From the NCBI GenBank assembly GCA_963677925.2, contig CAXXYH010000004.1:2112001-2176000 (forward strand): DNA of 64,000 nt. Reading direction: 5' to 3'. The stretch is from Spirochaetia bacterium. Its GTDB lineage: Bacteria; Spirochaetota; Spirochaetia; UBA9216. Below the pieces are notes generated by a model. The model made no database searches, was not told the origin of the DNA, and worked only from the letters and a program-made list of their open reading frames with translations. This document shows, in pieces, positions 29,557 through 39,500 of this stretch (positions are counted from its first letter, which is position 1; every line of letters begins with the position of its first letter). A program made the position numbers and the translations under genes.

Positions 29557-30273
29557 ATGAAGATAGCAGTGTACGGTATGGGCAGATTCGGAGCTTTCTG
29601 GGCGTCTCGACTTGCTGAACATGCCGATGTAAGCGGTTTTACCAGAAATCAGGAACGGGTTTTTCCTGCAGGTGTAAAAAGGATAAGTGAAAGTGAGCTG
29701 TCCGGTTTTGATGCCGTATTTTTATGCTGTGCAATCAGCGCGGTTGAAGAAGTTCTTGAAAGAATAAAACCATATATAAAGCCCGGAACCATTGTTTTGG
29801 ACACCTGTTCTGTAAAAGTCGAACCGGCTACTCAGATGCAGAGAATCCTTCCCGAAGATGTGGAAGTCATTGCGACTCATCCGATGTTCGGTCCCGATTC
29901 CGGCCGGAACGGAGTTCAGGGGCTTCCCATAGTATACTCTCCTGTCAGGGCCTCAAATGAGACAGCCTCAAAGTGGTATGATTTTCTAAAGAGTATGGGA
30001 CTTCATGTAATAGAGATGACTCCTGACGAGCATGATCAGGAGGCCGCCTTTACGCAGGGCGTAACCCACTTTATCGGCCGTGTTCTTGACCAGCTCAAAC
30101 TGCAGAAGAGTCCCATTGCTACGGTTGGGTATATGAAACTTCAGGAAATAGTTGAACAGACCTGTAATGACCCCATGCAGCTTTTTCTTGACCTGCAGCG
30201 CCATAATCCTCATACAAAGGAAATGCGTGCCAGACTTAAAAAAGCCCTGGATGATACCCTCAGCCTGTTCTGA
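29557..30273 (+). CDS. tyrA: Prephenate/arogenate dehydrogenase
   Basis: GMGRFG Rossmann motif, DTCSVK, HPMFGP, EHD motifs. Confidence 0.85.
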   Translation: MKIAVYGMGRFGAFWASRLAEHADVSGFTRNQERVFPAGVKRISESELSGFDAVFLCCAISAVEEVLERIKPYIKPGTIVLDTCSVKVEPATQMQRILPEDVEVIATHPMFGPDSGRNGVQGLPIVYSPVRASNETASKWYDFLKSMGLHVIEMTPDEHDQEAAFTQGVTHFIGRVLDQLKLQKSPIATVGYMKLQEIVEQTCNDPMQLFLDLQRHNPHTKEMRARLKKALDDTLSLF

Positions 30274-30410
30274 TGTTTTCTTAAATATCCGATATATAAG
30301 CAGCCGTGAAGAAATAACTCAAAGAGCTATTTCTTCAGAGAACGTTAAGTTCAGAGAACTTAACGTTCTCCCTTGACAAGAACCTAAACTGACAGATACG
30401 ATGGTGGGAT

Positions 30411-30836
30411 ATGAGTGATATTCAGATACAAAATATTGATGAAGCAGAAATTGATACAATCCTTGAAGATGATATCGAATTCACCGGAGACCTCGGTTTT
30501 GATAAATCCCTGCTTATAAAGGGGAAACTCAAAGGCAATGTAAAAGCTACTGGAGATCTGTATGTTGCCGAAAGTGCGGTTGTAGACGCTCGGGTTGAAG
30601 CACATGTTGTTTCGGTAAAAGGCCGTGTAAACGGCAATATATATGCCTATGAAAGAGTAGAACTGTTTTCATGCGGAAGAATTGACGGTGATATAACGGC
30701 ACCTGATATAATTATGGAAAGCGGCTGTACCTTCAACGGAATATGCACAATGCGTTCACCGCGCGATGTTCTTAAATCCGGTAAGAAAGATGATCCAATT
30801 AATGAAGTTCAGGAGATCGTAATAAATGAAGAATAA
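30411..30836 (+). CDS. Bactofilin (polymer-forming cytoskeletal protein)
   Basis: Beta-helical pattern F.GDL..LLIKG.L.GNV..V.G.V.GNI..IDGDI..G..FNG. Confidence 0.88.
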   Translation: MSDIQIQNIDEAEIDTILEDDIEFTGDLGFDKSLLIKGKLKGNVKATGDLYVAESAVVDARVEAHVVSVKGRVNGNIYAYERVELFSCGRIDGDITAPDIIMESGCTFNGICTMRSPRDVLKSGKKDDPINEVQEIVINEE

Positions 30837-31461
30837 AAAGTTATTTTCACTTTTATTAATACTTATGCTTGCTTCAACAGCATTTTTATCAGCACAGGAC
30901 AATAGGGCGGATGCACTTCTTGAGTACCGAAATGGTAATTTCGACAGGGCTATTTCAATTTGCCTTGAAGAAATAAGACAGATGCCCAGAAATATGGATT
31001 CTTATGTTGTTTTGGGGTGGAGTTACCTTAAAAAAGGTGATAATGCCGGGGCATTAAAATCGGCTCAGGACGCACTGAAGATTTCAAGGCATGATATCAG
31101 GGTTATTGAGATTGCCGGCGAAGCTGATTACTATCTTGGCAACAACCTTGACGCATTAAAATATTTTGAAGAATACACAGTTCTGGCCCCGACCGGAGAT
31201 CGTATAGAACTGGTCTATTTTTTTATGGGTGAGATATTTATCAGACTCGGAGAATACAACAGGGCCGATATAGCTTTTACTACCGCTGTTTATCATTCCC
31301 CGAATACCGCAAGATGGTGGTCAAGACTCGGTTATGCACGTGAGATGGCTGAGGACTGGCAATATTCTCTTGAAGCCTATGACAAGGCTCTTCAGCTTAA
31401 TTCAGCCTATACAGAGGCTGTGCGCGGCAGAGAACGTGTCAGCAAAAAACTGGGGACATGA
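30826..31461 (+). CDS. Exported TPR protein
   Basis: Signal peptide plus several TPR motifs. Confidence 0.8.
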   Translation: MKNKKLFSLLLILMLASTAFLSAQDNRADALLEYRNGNFDRAISICLEEIRQMPRNMDSYVVLGWSYLKKGDNAGALKSAQDALKISRHDIRVIEIAGEADYYLGNNLDALKYFEEYTVLAPTGDRIELVYFFMGEIFIRLGEYNRADIAFTTAVYHSPNTARWWSRLGYAREMAEDWQYSLEAYDKALQLNSAYTEAVRGRERVSKKLGT

Positions 31462-32831
31462 TGAGGGCTGCTTTTTATACTCTAGGCTGTAAGCTTAATC
31501 AGTGTGAGAGCGAAGCCCTGGCTACGTCGTTTGACAGCCAGGGCTTTTTAATTGGCTCATACCGTGATTCCAGCGATATTTATGTAGTAAACACATGTAC
31601 GGTTACCTCAAAGGCGGAGCAGAAAGCCAGGCGGATGATAAGAAAGCTTGCTTCCGAGCATCCCTTTTCTGTTGTTCTTGTTACAGGGTGTTATGCTCAG
31701 CTTAATGCCGAAGATCTGAAACTTGCACCCAATGTTGTTGTCGTACCGCATGATCAGAAGGTTCGCATCAATGAACTTCCAGGACATCTGAATGACTCCG
31801 GAACAGGTGAAGGAAGCAAAGAAATGATTACTCAGGTACAATCATTTTTTGGACTGGTGGCTGAACAGGCAATGAGGCAGGAATCTGAAGATACACCGCA
31901 GCGGTTTTGGTATGATTCTGTTAACTTTAATTTTCACACCAGGGCATACCTGAAGATTCAGGACGGCTGCGATAACAGCTGCGCTTACTGCAGAGTTCCG
32001 CTTGCCAGGGGCAAAAGTATAAGTCAGGATATCAATTTGCTCTGTGAGCAGTTTAAGGAACTGCAGGATAAGGGGTATCTTGAAGTAATACTGACGGGCG
32101 TGAATATCTCATCATATAAAGATAAATCAGGTGCTGATTTTTCAGATCTGCTGAAGAGACTATGTGATATCAGGGACAAGGCACGTATACGGCTTTCTTC
32201 GATTGAGCCGGAATCTATAACCCCCGGGCTTGCGGAAGTTTTAAAGGATCCGGGAATCTGTCCCCATTTTCATATTCCTGTTCAGTCAGGAAGCGATAAA
32301 ATTCTTGAGGTTATGAAAAGGAAAAACCGTCGGTCTCAGATAATTGAAGCGGTCAGGCTGCTTCGTGAAGCTAAAGAAGACCCCTTTATTGCTGCGGATA
32401 TAATTGCAGGTTTTCCCGGTGAAACAGATGAGGATTACCGGCAGAGTTTCAGCCTCCTTGATGACTGTGATTTCAGTGCGCTGCATGTGTTCCCCTATTC
32501 ATCAAGGCCCGGAACTGCCGCCAGTACGATGAAAAACCGCGTTCCCGAAAGAATTACATCACAAAGGACTGCTGAATTGCGTGAACTTTCGAGCCGTAAG
32601 ACCCGTGAATATACCGAAAGATGGATGAGTAGAGAGCTTGAGGTTTTAATCGAAGAAAAAAAAGATAACTGTTCTTACGGAATCAGCTCTAATTATTTGA
32701 AAACTGTTTTTTGTGATATACTTAAGGAAGAGGGAAGTCTGTGTACTGTAAAACCTGAACCGGGACTCTCTTCTGATAAAACCGCCGGTTCCGACACTAT
32801 TCCCTGCCGATTTATAAAATGGATAGTTTGA
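31458..32831 (+). CDS. mtaB: tRNA methylthiotransferase MtaB
   Basis: TLGCKLNQCES, NTCTVT, radical-SAM CDNSCAYC, RLSSIEP. Confidence 0.92.
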   Translation: MMRAAFYTLGCKLNQCESEALATSFDSQGFLIGSYRDSSDIYVVNTCTVTSKAEQKARRMIRKLASEHPFSVVLVTGCYAQLNAEDLKLAPNVVVVPHDQKVRINELPGHLNDSGTGEGSKEMITQVQSFFGLVAEQAMRQESEDTPQRFWYDSVNFNFHTRAYLKIQDGCDNSCAYCRVPLARGKSISQDINLLCEQFKELQDKGYLEVILTGVNISSYKDKSGADFSDLLKRLCDIRDKARIRLSSIEPESITPGLAEVLKDPGICPHFHIPVQSGSDKILEVMKRKNRRSQIIEAVRLLREAKEDPFIAADIIAGFPGETDEDYRQSFSLLDDCDFSALHVFPYSSRPGTAASTMKNRVPERITSQRTAELRELSSRKTREYTERWMSRELEVLIEEKKDNCSYGISSNYLKTVFCDILKEEGSLCTVKPEPGLSSDKTAGSDTIPCRFIKWIV

Positions 32832-32875
32832 TTTTATAAGTTCTTTTGACGATAATTCTGATTAGGAGGGCTGTA

Positions 32876-33487
32876 ATGAAAATAAAACTCATTATGGTTG
32901 CAGTACTTATATCAGCTGCCCTGATACTTGCTTCCTGCCAGCAGGTTTTTACCAGTAGTGTTTACACTCTTTTAGGTTATTCAACCGATATGTCCAGTAT
33001 GACCGATGAGCAGAAGGTTTCTTACGCACAGGATCTGCTTAGTTCCGGCAGCGCAGAAGATATGCAAACGGCATATGATGAGATTTTTGCCATGCTTGGT
33101 GATGATCTGAGTACTGCTGATCCGGAACTGGTGCTCCTTGCTGCCGATTTAGCTGTAGGCGCCTCAGGTCTTGGAGATGCTGTAACAGACGGTCTGGAAC
33201 TGCTGACTTCCGGTTCCGAGGATGCTGATGCTATGGCTAGCCTGATTGAAGGCATTGATACGGATAACCTTGCGGATGCAGTTACACTGATGGAAGCTGC
33301 TGAAGCCAGCGGTACCGACATTACCGAAGAACAGTATGCCAATGCTGCCGCAGCCCAGCTGCTTGTAGCTGCAGACGGTGATATAAATAATCTGGATTTT
33401 GAGACTCCTGATGATGATCTTCAGCAGGCCCTCGACTGGGCTGTACTTGGCGGAGTAGATCTGGAATCTCTGTTTGCCGGCGGTTGA
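32876..33487 (+). CDS. Acidic helical lipoprotein
   Basis: AGGAGG RBS; lipobox LASC. Confidence 0.75.
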   Translation: MKIKLIMVAVLISAALILASCQQVFTSSVYTLLGYSTDMSSMTDEQKVSYAQDLLSSGSAEDMQTAYDEIFAMLGDDLSTADPELVLLAADLAVGASGLGDAVTDGLELLTSGSEDADAMASLIEGIDTDNLADAVTLMEAAEASGTDITEEQYANAAAAQLLVAADGDINNLDFETPDDDLQQALDWAVLGGVDLESLFAGG

Positions 33488-33517
33488 TAGCACAATAAAT
33501 ATAAAACGGAGATTCTG

Positions 33518-34708
33518 ATGCCTAAACGACTGATAATAATTTTTTCTATTGCCATTCTGGCGGTAACTGCCAGTCCTGCTTTTTCTGCTCCGGATTTTTA
33601 TATGGAGGATATCCATATACCTTCTGCTATTGACTCAGGAATGGGCGGACCTTATCCGACAGACAACGAGGGGCTTGAAACTATATTTGCAAATCCAGCC
33701 TCATTTAAATCTGCAGAAACAGATGTTACCTTTACAGATTTCAGTCTGCTGCTTAAAGGGCCTATTTTTGATATTACCAGCCTTGTAATAAGCAGTATGT
33801 CCGGAGGAGGAGAGCTTACCGACATTCTTTCTTCCTCTTCGGCCCAGAGTATTCTAAGCAATATTTACACGGGTGTTGAATTGACAGGTCCAATTTATTT
33901 CGGATACACCGGAGACGGACTTGGCTTCGGACTTTTTAATAACACAGATATCACTTTAAGAGAGTCAGGAACACTTGCTCTGACTGTTGAAACAACCGAA
34001 GATATTCTGCTTTGCGGCGGTTATGCATTCAGAATTCCGCTTTCCAGAGATCAGACTCATGTTCTTGATGCCGGAGTAATGATGAAAGGCGGTGTGGAAG
34101 GCAGTCTTGAGATTGAGAAATCGCTTCTTGAACTCACCACGCTGCTCTCTGATTTAAGTCTTGATATTGTTATGAAATCTCCCTTTAGTTTCAGTACGTT
34201 GATCGGTCTTGATGCAGGCCTTCTGTACACCTGGGAGGGGCTTCTTTCCGTCGGCCTTACGGCTCAGGATATATACTCTCCTGCAATCAAATATACATAT
34301 GATACCGGGCTTACCGGCTTTATTGATCCAGCTACAGTGGCACCGACTCCTGAGTATGGACTGATTCCGTTTAAACTGAATGCAGGTGTTGAGCTCAATC
34401 CGGAAATCCCGGCACTTCAGCAGTACATAACAGATTTCCGGTTCCTGGTTGCCTATGATGATATTCTAGATTTCTGGCTTTATCCTTCAGAGGCTGAAAA
34501 CGCCCTGCTTCATATCAAAACCGGCCTTGAGCTTACCATGCTTGAGATTCTATCGGTACGTGTTGGTATGGCGGAAGGCTTACTGAATGCAGGACTTAGT
34601 CTGGATCTGCAGCTGTTTACTCTAAACGCGGCGATGTTCGGCACAGAACTTTCAAGTGTGCCAGGTTTGAACCCAGTTTATAATATGATAATCAGTTTTG
34701 TTTTATAG
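33518..34708 (+). CDS. TraF-like / FadL-like outer-membrane beta-barrel protein
   Basis: Signal peptide; GMGG..TIFANPA plug motif; amphipathic strands. Confidence 0.6.
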   Translation: MPKRLIIIFSIAILAVTASPAFSAPDFYMEDIHIPSAIDSGMGGPYPTDNEGLETIFANPASFKSAETDVTFTDFSLLLKGPIFDITSLVISSMSGGGELTDILSSSSAQSILSNIYTGVELTGPIYFGYTGDGLGFGLFNNTDITLRESGTLALTVETTEDILLCGGYAFRIPLSRDQTHVLDAGVMMKGGVEGSLEIEKSLLELTTLLSDLSLDIVMKSPFSFSTLIGLDAGLLYTWEGLLSVGLTAQDIYSPAIKYTYDTGLTGFIDPATVAPTPEYGLIPFKLNAGVELNPEIPALQQYITDFRFLVAYDDILDFWLYPSEAENALLHIKTGLELTMLEILSVRVGMAEGLLNAGLSLDLQLFTLNAAMFGTELSSVPGLNPVYNMIISFVL

Positions 34709-34754
34709 CAGAATGAAGCACGAAAATCGTACCTAAATTTCTGCTAATTCGTGT

Positions 34755-34783
34755 TGACATTTTATTTTATAGTTGCTATATTC
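34755..34783 (+). promoter_or_regulatory. Promoter of tRNA-Lys/tRNA-Glu
   Basis: TTGACA-17 nt-TATATT. Confidence 0.65.
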
Positions 34784-34803
34784 ATCCAGCAAATGAGCGA
34801 TAC

Positions 34804-34876
34804 GGGCCGCTAGCTCAGCTGGTAGAGCAACGCCCTTTTAAGGCGTGGGTCACAGGTTCGAACCCTGTGCGGCTCA
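34804..34876 (+). tRNA. tRNA-Lys(TTT)
   Basis: Cloverleaf GGGCCGC/GCGGCTC, anticodon arm ACGCC-CTTTTAA-GGCGT, GTTCGAAC T-loop. Confidence 0.96.
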
Positions 34877-34905
34877 AAAGCATTCGCTAGGTGAATGTTT
34901 AAATT

Positions 34906-34978
<73 letters not shown>

Positions 34979-34990
34979 AAATAATTATTA

Positions 34991-35022
34991 TTGGTAGGAT
35001 AAAGATTTACTTATCCTACCAA
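34991..35022 (+). terminator. Element-supplied hairpin after the reconstituted tRNA
   Basis: Perfect 12-bp inverted repeat TTGGTAGGATAA / TTATCCTACCAA; no T-tract on the plus strand. Confidence 0.5.
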
Positions 35023-35104
35023 CGAAACTACCGGACAACCGGCGTTTCTCTAAATCCAAGATACAGATAACTTACAGAAGAAAGTTATCTTAAGGAGTTA
35101 GACG

Positions 35105-36433
35105 ATGCGTCGGTTTTCTGTTTATAAACGTAGTAACAGTCCTTATTACTACTGTCAAATCAAAAATCCAAAAACAGGTAAATATCTTCCACCCAAAAGT
35201 ACAGGTAAGGTTGATGAGGATGAAGCTCTCCTTGTAGTTGCTGATTGGATCAAATATGGGATGCCTCAGAAGGGGCAGCGACGTAACTTTGAAGACATCT
35301 TCATGTTTAGCTCTTTCATGAGCTACGTAGAGAGCTCTACGATAACTGAGAAAGATGCCTCAAGGATTGTAAATGTTTTAAAGAATAAAGGCTTGATTGA
35401 ATCGGTTATATTTACAAGTGATGGCCCAGACACCCAACCTCTTATCCCTTTTTTGAAAACATTCTGGAATTTTGAGAAATCCCCATATGTTAAAGAAAAG
35501 CATAGCTATGGTCAAAAAATTGGTCAGAGGCACTGCTATGAGCAATCTAAGAGACTTTCTCACTGGGAAGAGTATTTTATTGACTTTAGAATTAAGGACG
35601 TTGACAAGCAAGCATTGAAGGAATTTCAATTCTATTTAAGTGAAAAAGGGTTAGCTCCAAAAACTATAAATCATGTTCTAAGTGCAGGTCTTACTGCGTT
35701 TAAATGGATGTATGAAGATGAGAAGATTAAAACAGATCCTGGACATGGTTTAAAGAAGTTTTCCGGGGAATCTGAATCACGTGGAATCTTAACAACAGAA
35801 GAAACTAAAAAGTTGTTTACACTTGAATGGAAAGATGAAAGGGCAAGAATAGGGAATTTAGTTGCATGTACGACAGGCTTAAGAGCAGGAGAGGTCCTGG
35901 CTATTAAACCTGAAAATATTGGTGATGATCTATTGTATGTGAAACATAGTTTTTCAAGGATTGAAGATCTTAAAGATACAAAGAACCACGAAGAGGGGAT
36001 AGTCCCTCTTGTTCCTATAGTCAGGGAAGAACTTTTGAAGCTATCTAAAAAGAATACCTTTGGGACGAACGGATATATTTTTTATTCTGAGTCTCCTGAT
36101 AAGCCAATGAGTCAAAATATTCTTCGTAGAGGTCTTGAGGATGCCCTGATAAAGCTTAGAGCAGGAAATAATCCTAATGAGGATCAATCAAAAGAAGCTA
36201 TTAAATATTGGGAAGAAAGGAATGTCCTTTTCCATTCTTGGCGTCATTATTATGCAACCCATCTTGCAGAGCGAGTTGATCTAAGAACAGCACAGATTGC
36301 CATGAGACACAAGACAGAGGCTATGACAAAGCATTATTCAAACCATGTGCAGACAGAGCGGATGAAAGAAATTGCCGCAGCGGTAGGGGATGCATTTGGA
36401 AACATTATTGAATTTTCGAGAAAAAGAGCATAG
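35105..36433 (+). CDS. Tyrosine recombinase/integrase
   Basis: TGLRAGE (R), DTK (K), FHSWRH (HxxR), RH..MTKHY (H, Y). Confidence 0.93.
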   Translation: MRRFSVYKRSNSPYYYCQIKNPKTGKYLPPKSTGKVDEDEALLVVADWIKYGMPQKGQRRNFEDIFMFSSFMSYVESSTITEKDASRIVNVLKNKGLIESVIFTSDGPDTQPLIPFLKTFWNFEKSPYVKEKHSYGQKIGQRHCYEQSKRLSHWEEYFIDFRIKDVDKQALKEFQFYLSEKGLAPKTINHVLSAGLTAFKWMYEDEKIKTDPGHGLKKFSGESESRGILTTEETKKLFTLEWKDERARIGNLVACTTGLRAGEVLAIKPENIGDDLLYVKHSFSRIEDLKDTKNHEEGIVPLVPIVREELLKLSKKNTFGTNGYIFYSESPDKPMSQNILRRGLEDALIKLRAGNNPNEDQSKEAIKYWEERNVLFHSWRHYYATHLAERVDLRTAQIAMRHKTEAMTKHYSNHVQTERMKEIAAAVGDAFGNIIEFSRKRA

Positions 36434-36529
36434 TACACTATATATGGTATGAAGGAGTGGGCATATGTGTATATATACACTATATATAATGACATATGTA
36501 AATATACATGGTACAATCTTATAGTAATC

Positions 36530-37054
36530 ATGGAAGATATAGATAAGAAAATTTATTTATCAGTAAATTTAGATAATTTGAAAAGAGTAACAGGGATGCC
36601 TTTTCGGTTGATGTCAAAGGCTTCAGGTATCCCTTGGACGGATTTTAGACGGTATATTAGTACTAATAGATTACCATTAAAGGTTGCTGTAAAACTCGAA
36701 ACTGTCTGTGTACGATACATCAATGCTCAAGATTTCTATTTACACCAAGGTGTTAAAAGTAATAGAGCATTACTTCTTTTAGAGAAGAATTGTAAAATGA
36801 GCTCTTGGTTTTCTCATGAGGAATGCGGTAATAAAATAGTTACTTTAGAAGCAGGCTTATTGAAAGCTAATGAAAAGATGAAAAGCGGAAATGCAAATGA
36901 ATTGGAAAAAATGTCCTTTTTAATCAATCAACATAGAGTTTCTTGTGAGTGGCAAATCCTAGGAGAATCTTGGGGTGAAGCTGAGTTTTCAGCATTTGCA
37001 GAAAGAGGGCTAAGAGCGCTTGATAGAAGAATTGAAGAAAGTATGTCTGATTAA
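36530..37054 (+). CDS. Hypothetical protein, possible N-terminal HTH
   Basis: ORF after int; likely start MEDIDKK; NLKRVTGMPFRLMSKASGIPW resembles an XRE-like HTH. Confidence 0.5.
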   Translation: MEDIDKKIYLSVNLDNLKRVTGMPFRLMSKASGIPWTDFRRYISTNRLPLKVAVKLETVCVRYINAQDFYLHQGVKSNRALLLLEKNCKMSSWFSHEECGNKIVTLEAGLLKANEKMKSGNANELEKMSFLINQHRVSCEWQILGESWGEAEFSAFAERGLRALDRRIEESMSD

Positions 37055-37223
37055 GACATAAGATAATATATCTTATCAGCACCAGGCACACCGAACTTCG
37101 GAAGTTGCCACACTGATAAGATAGGAAGTACACATTGTTGATGTAGTTGCTTCTAGAAGGTTGATAAGGTAGACCGGACTCCAAATTAAACTCCTGATTA
37201 CAGGGGCGGGGAGGTCTATCATT

Positions 37224-37451
37224 ATGACGATAGATTCACTCAATTTAGTTTCACATCTCTTAAATTACTCAGAATGCGCTGAGTATCTTGGTGTGAAAGA
37301 AACCACACTTAGAATCTGGGTTTCCCAAGGTAAGGTTCCGTATACCAAGATTGGACGAAGTGTAAGATTTACTTCCGAACAAGTAAATGAAATTCTCGAA
37401 AATGGCCGTCATGAGGCTACAGCGAGGTGTATCAATGAAAAAAATAATTGA
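37224..37451 (+). CDS. Excisionase-like HTH_17 DNA-binding protein
   Basis: LLNYSECAEYLGVKETTLRIWVSQGKVPYTKIGRSVRF; GGAGG RBS. Confidence 0.88.
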   Translation: MTIDSLNLVSHLLNYSECAEYLGVKETTLRIWVSQGKVPYTKIGRSVRFTSEQVNEILENGRHEATARCINEKNN

Positions 37452-37632
37452 TGCAGCCTTTAACTGGGTACTGAAACAAAAAGTTGAATATGGAGAAGTA
37501 ACTCTTAAATTTATTTTTCATGATGGACAACTTAGGCAAATCGAAAGGGATCTTAAGGAAAAGATACAAGTTTCTTATGAAAATAGATCGAACAACGTAA
37601 AGATCTGTAAAAAAGGGGGAACGCATGAATGA
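37435..37632 (+). CDS. Small protein (DUF2292/YezD-like)
   Basis: EYGEVTLKFIFHDGQLRQIER; GAGG RBS; overlaps both neighbours. Confidence 0.55.
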   Translation: MKKIIDAAFNWVLKQKVEYGEVTLKFIFHDGQLRQIERDLKEKIQVSYENRSNNVKICKKGGTHE

Positions 37633-38308
37633 ACTACCTAAGTATAGTCTATCCCCTAATAGGTTCGATGTGGATTATTTCTTAGAATACTGTAAGGATA
37701 AAGCCCTGACATTTAAAGAACTGATTGAACTGATCCCCCATTTTTCTTTTAAAACAGTGATTGATGAACACCATAATGGCCGGAAGAAAAAATATTCTGA
37801 GGAATTAGCCATTCAGTTTTGTATTCTATTATTTGAATATAAATCAATTTATCCGGTATTAGCGAAATTAAGCGTTAACAGGACAACTATTTGGAAGTGG
37901 AGACGCCTTTATATCGAGTTTGATAATATGTTCAGATTTACAATGAATTGTATTTTCATAAAAGAAGAAAAAAAACCTTATTCTCAGCATTATAAAAAGC
38001 AACAAAAAATCCACACTAATGCTTCACCGAAAAAAAAAGGTACAACTGGAGCTCAAACTAAGTATAAACCAGAATATAACAGATTCGTAAAATCCTCACT
38101 TAGTAAAACGGCAAAGACTTTAGGTGTTAGTAAAAGAACAATAGTTACATGGTGTAATAAGTATCCCGAATTTAAAATGGCCCAAACAATAAAAAGTGTT
38201 GAGAGAGCACTTCAATTATTGTGTATAGAAGTTGACAAACAAGAAAGAGTATATTCAGCATTTTTAAAATACTCTAAATTAAGAGAGGAGTTTACTGCGC
38301 ATGAGTAA
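37625..38308 (+). CDS. Tandem HTH protein resembling terminase small-subunit DNA-binding domains
   Basis: Two similar units: GRKKKYSEE..LSVNRTTIWKWRRLYIEF and GAQTKYKPEY..LGVSKRTIVTWCNKYPEF. Confidence 0.55.
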   Translation: MNELPKYSLSPNRFDVDYFLEYCKDKALTFKELIELIPHFSFKTVIDEHHNGRKKKYSEELAIQFCILLFEYKSIYPVLAKLSVNRTTIWKWRRLYIEFDNMFRFTMNCIFIKEEKKPYSQHYKKQQKIHTNASPKKKGTTGAQTKYKPEYNRFVKSSLSKTAKTLGVSKRTIVTWCNKYPEFKMAQTIKSVERALQLLCIEVDKQERVYSAFLKYSKLREEFTAHE

Positions 38309-39500
38309 TGACACAATTCAAATACTTGATTTGTTTAAAAACCGCCCTCTCGTGAATGGTATAGATTGTCTTTCATATAAGCAGTTATTAGAAAAAAAAG
38401 CTGAAAATAGTCATCAGCAAAGAAAAGACAAGAAACAGCCCCTTGCAGAGATACGAAACTTTAAGGAAATTCCACGAGAGGACATTAGTTGGCTTTGGCC
38501 TGGACGAATAGCACTTGGAAAATTATCTATGTTAGCTGGAGATCCAGGGATATCAAAAAGTCTTGTCACAATAGATATCGCAGCTCGACTTTCTAATAAT
38601 TCTAATTTCCCAGATGGTGTTCCTGCTCCTATAGGTGATACGATTTTTTTGAGTTTAGAGGATGATCCATCGGATACCATTAAACCAAGACTTGAAGCTG
38701 CGAAGGCCGATTTAGCCAGATGTCATTTTTTAGATAGTAAACTTGTTTTTAGCAATCAAGGAGCTGTAAAAAAAGAACTATTTACGTTAAGGGATCTTGA
38801 TGTTCTCTCTGATGCCTTAAATCAAATTCTCTCTGGAGGTGGAACACCTCTACTATTAGTTATTGATCCTATTGATAGTTTTCAGGTGGCTGTTGATTCA
38901 AATACCAATGATGTTAGAACCATGCTTGCACCAATAGCTGATTTTGCATCTAAACATAATATTGCTGTTCTTTTTATTAAGCATCTCAATAAAAACACAA
39001 AAAATTCAGTTGCATATAGAGTTAATGGTCATATCAGTTATACGGCAGTAACTAGATCAAGTTGGATTTTGTTAAAAGATCCAAAAGTTACTGATAAGCG
39101 TCTATTTTTATGTATCAAAAATAATATTGGCAAAGATAATAACGGATTATCGTATACTATAAAAGATGATGATACAGGGATTCCATATCTGGAATGGAAT
39201 AAAGATATAGAGGTCCGGACTCCTGATGAAATATTATCTGAAGTATATGGAGCAAGAAATAATTCTATTCAACGGGATCAGGTTCTTAAGTTCTTATCAA
39301 TGAATGGTAAAAGTAAAGCAAGTGAAATTGCTGCTTATATTGGTTCTTCATTATCTTCAACTTCGAATATTCTTAAGAAGATGCTCAGTAGTGGTGTGAT
39401 ATCTAACATTGGATATGGGGAATACGATATTTCACCACCTGAAAAAGCTGATAAAAGTGGTGAAAGTGATGAAAGTGATGAAACTCATAAAAGTAAATAA
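38301..39500 (+). CDS. AAA_25 / RepA-like SF4 helicase-ATPase with C-terminal winged helix
   Basis: WLWPGRIALGKLSMLAGDPGISKS (Walker A), LSLEDD, LLVIDP (Walker B), HLNK, KNN. Confidence 0.85.
   Translation: MSNDTIQILDLFKNRPLVNGIDCLSYKQLLEKKAENSHQQRKDKKQPLAEIRNFKEIPREDISWLWPGRIALGKLSMLAGDPGISKSLVTIDIAARLSNNSNFPDGVPAPIGDTIFLSLEDDPSDTIKPRLEAAKADLARCHFLDSKLVFSNQGAVKKELFTLRDLDVLSDALNQILSGGGTPLLLVIDPIDSFQVAVDSNTNDVRTMLAPIADFASKHNIAVLFIKHLNKNTKNSVAYRVNGHISYTAVTRSSWILLKDPKVTDKRLFLCIKNNIGKDNNGLSYTIKDDDTGIPYLEWNKDIEVRTPDEILSEVYGARNNSIQRDQVLKFLSMNGKSKASEIAAYIGSSLSSTSNILKKMLSSGVISNIGYGEYDISPPEKADKSGESDESDETHKSK

Noticed and set aside
29452-29622. N-terminal extension of Pta in the ORF track
   Set aside because: It overlaps the divergent tyrA start; a good RBS precedes the ATG at 29451.
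33518-34708. Conjugation gene belonging to the island
   Set aside because: It lies outside attL, has host-like composition, and no other tra genes are present.
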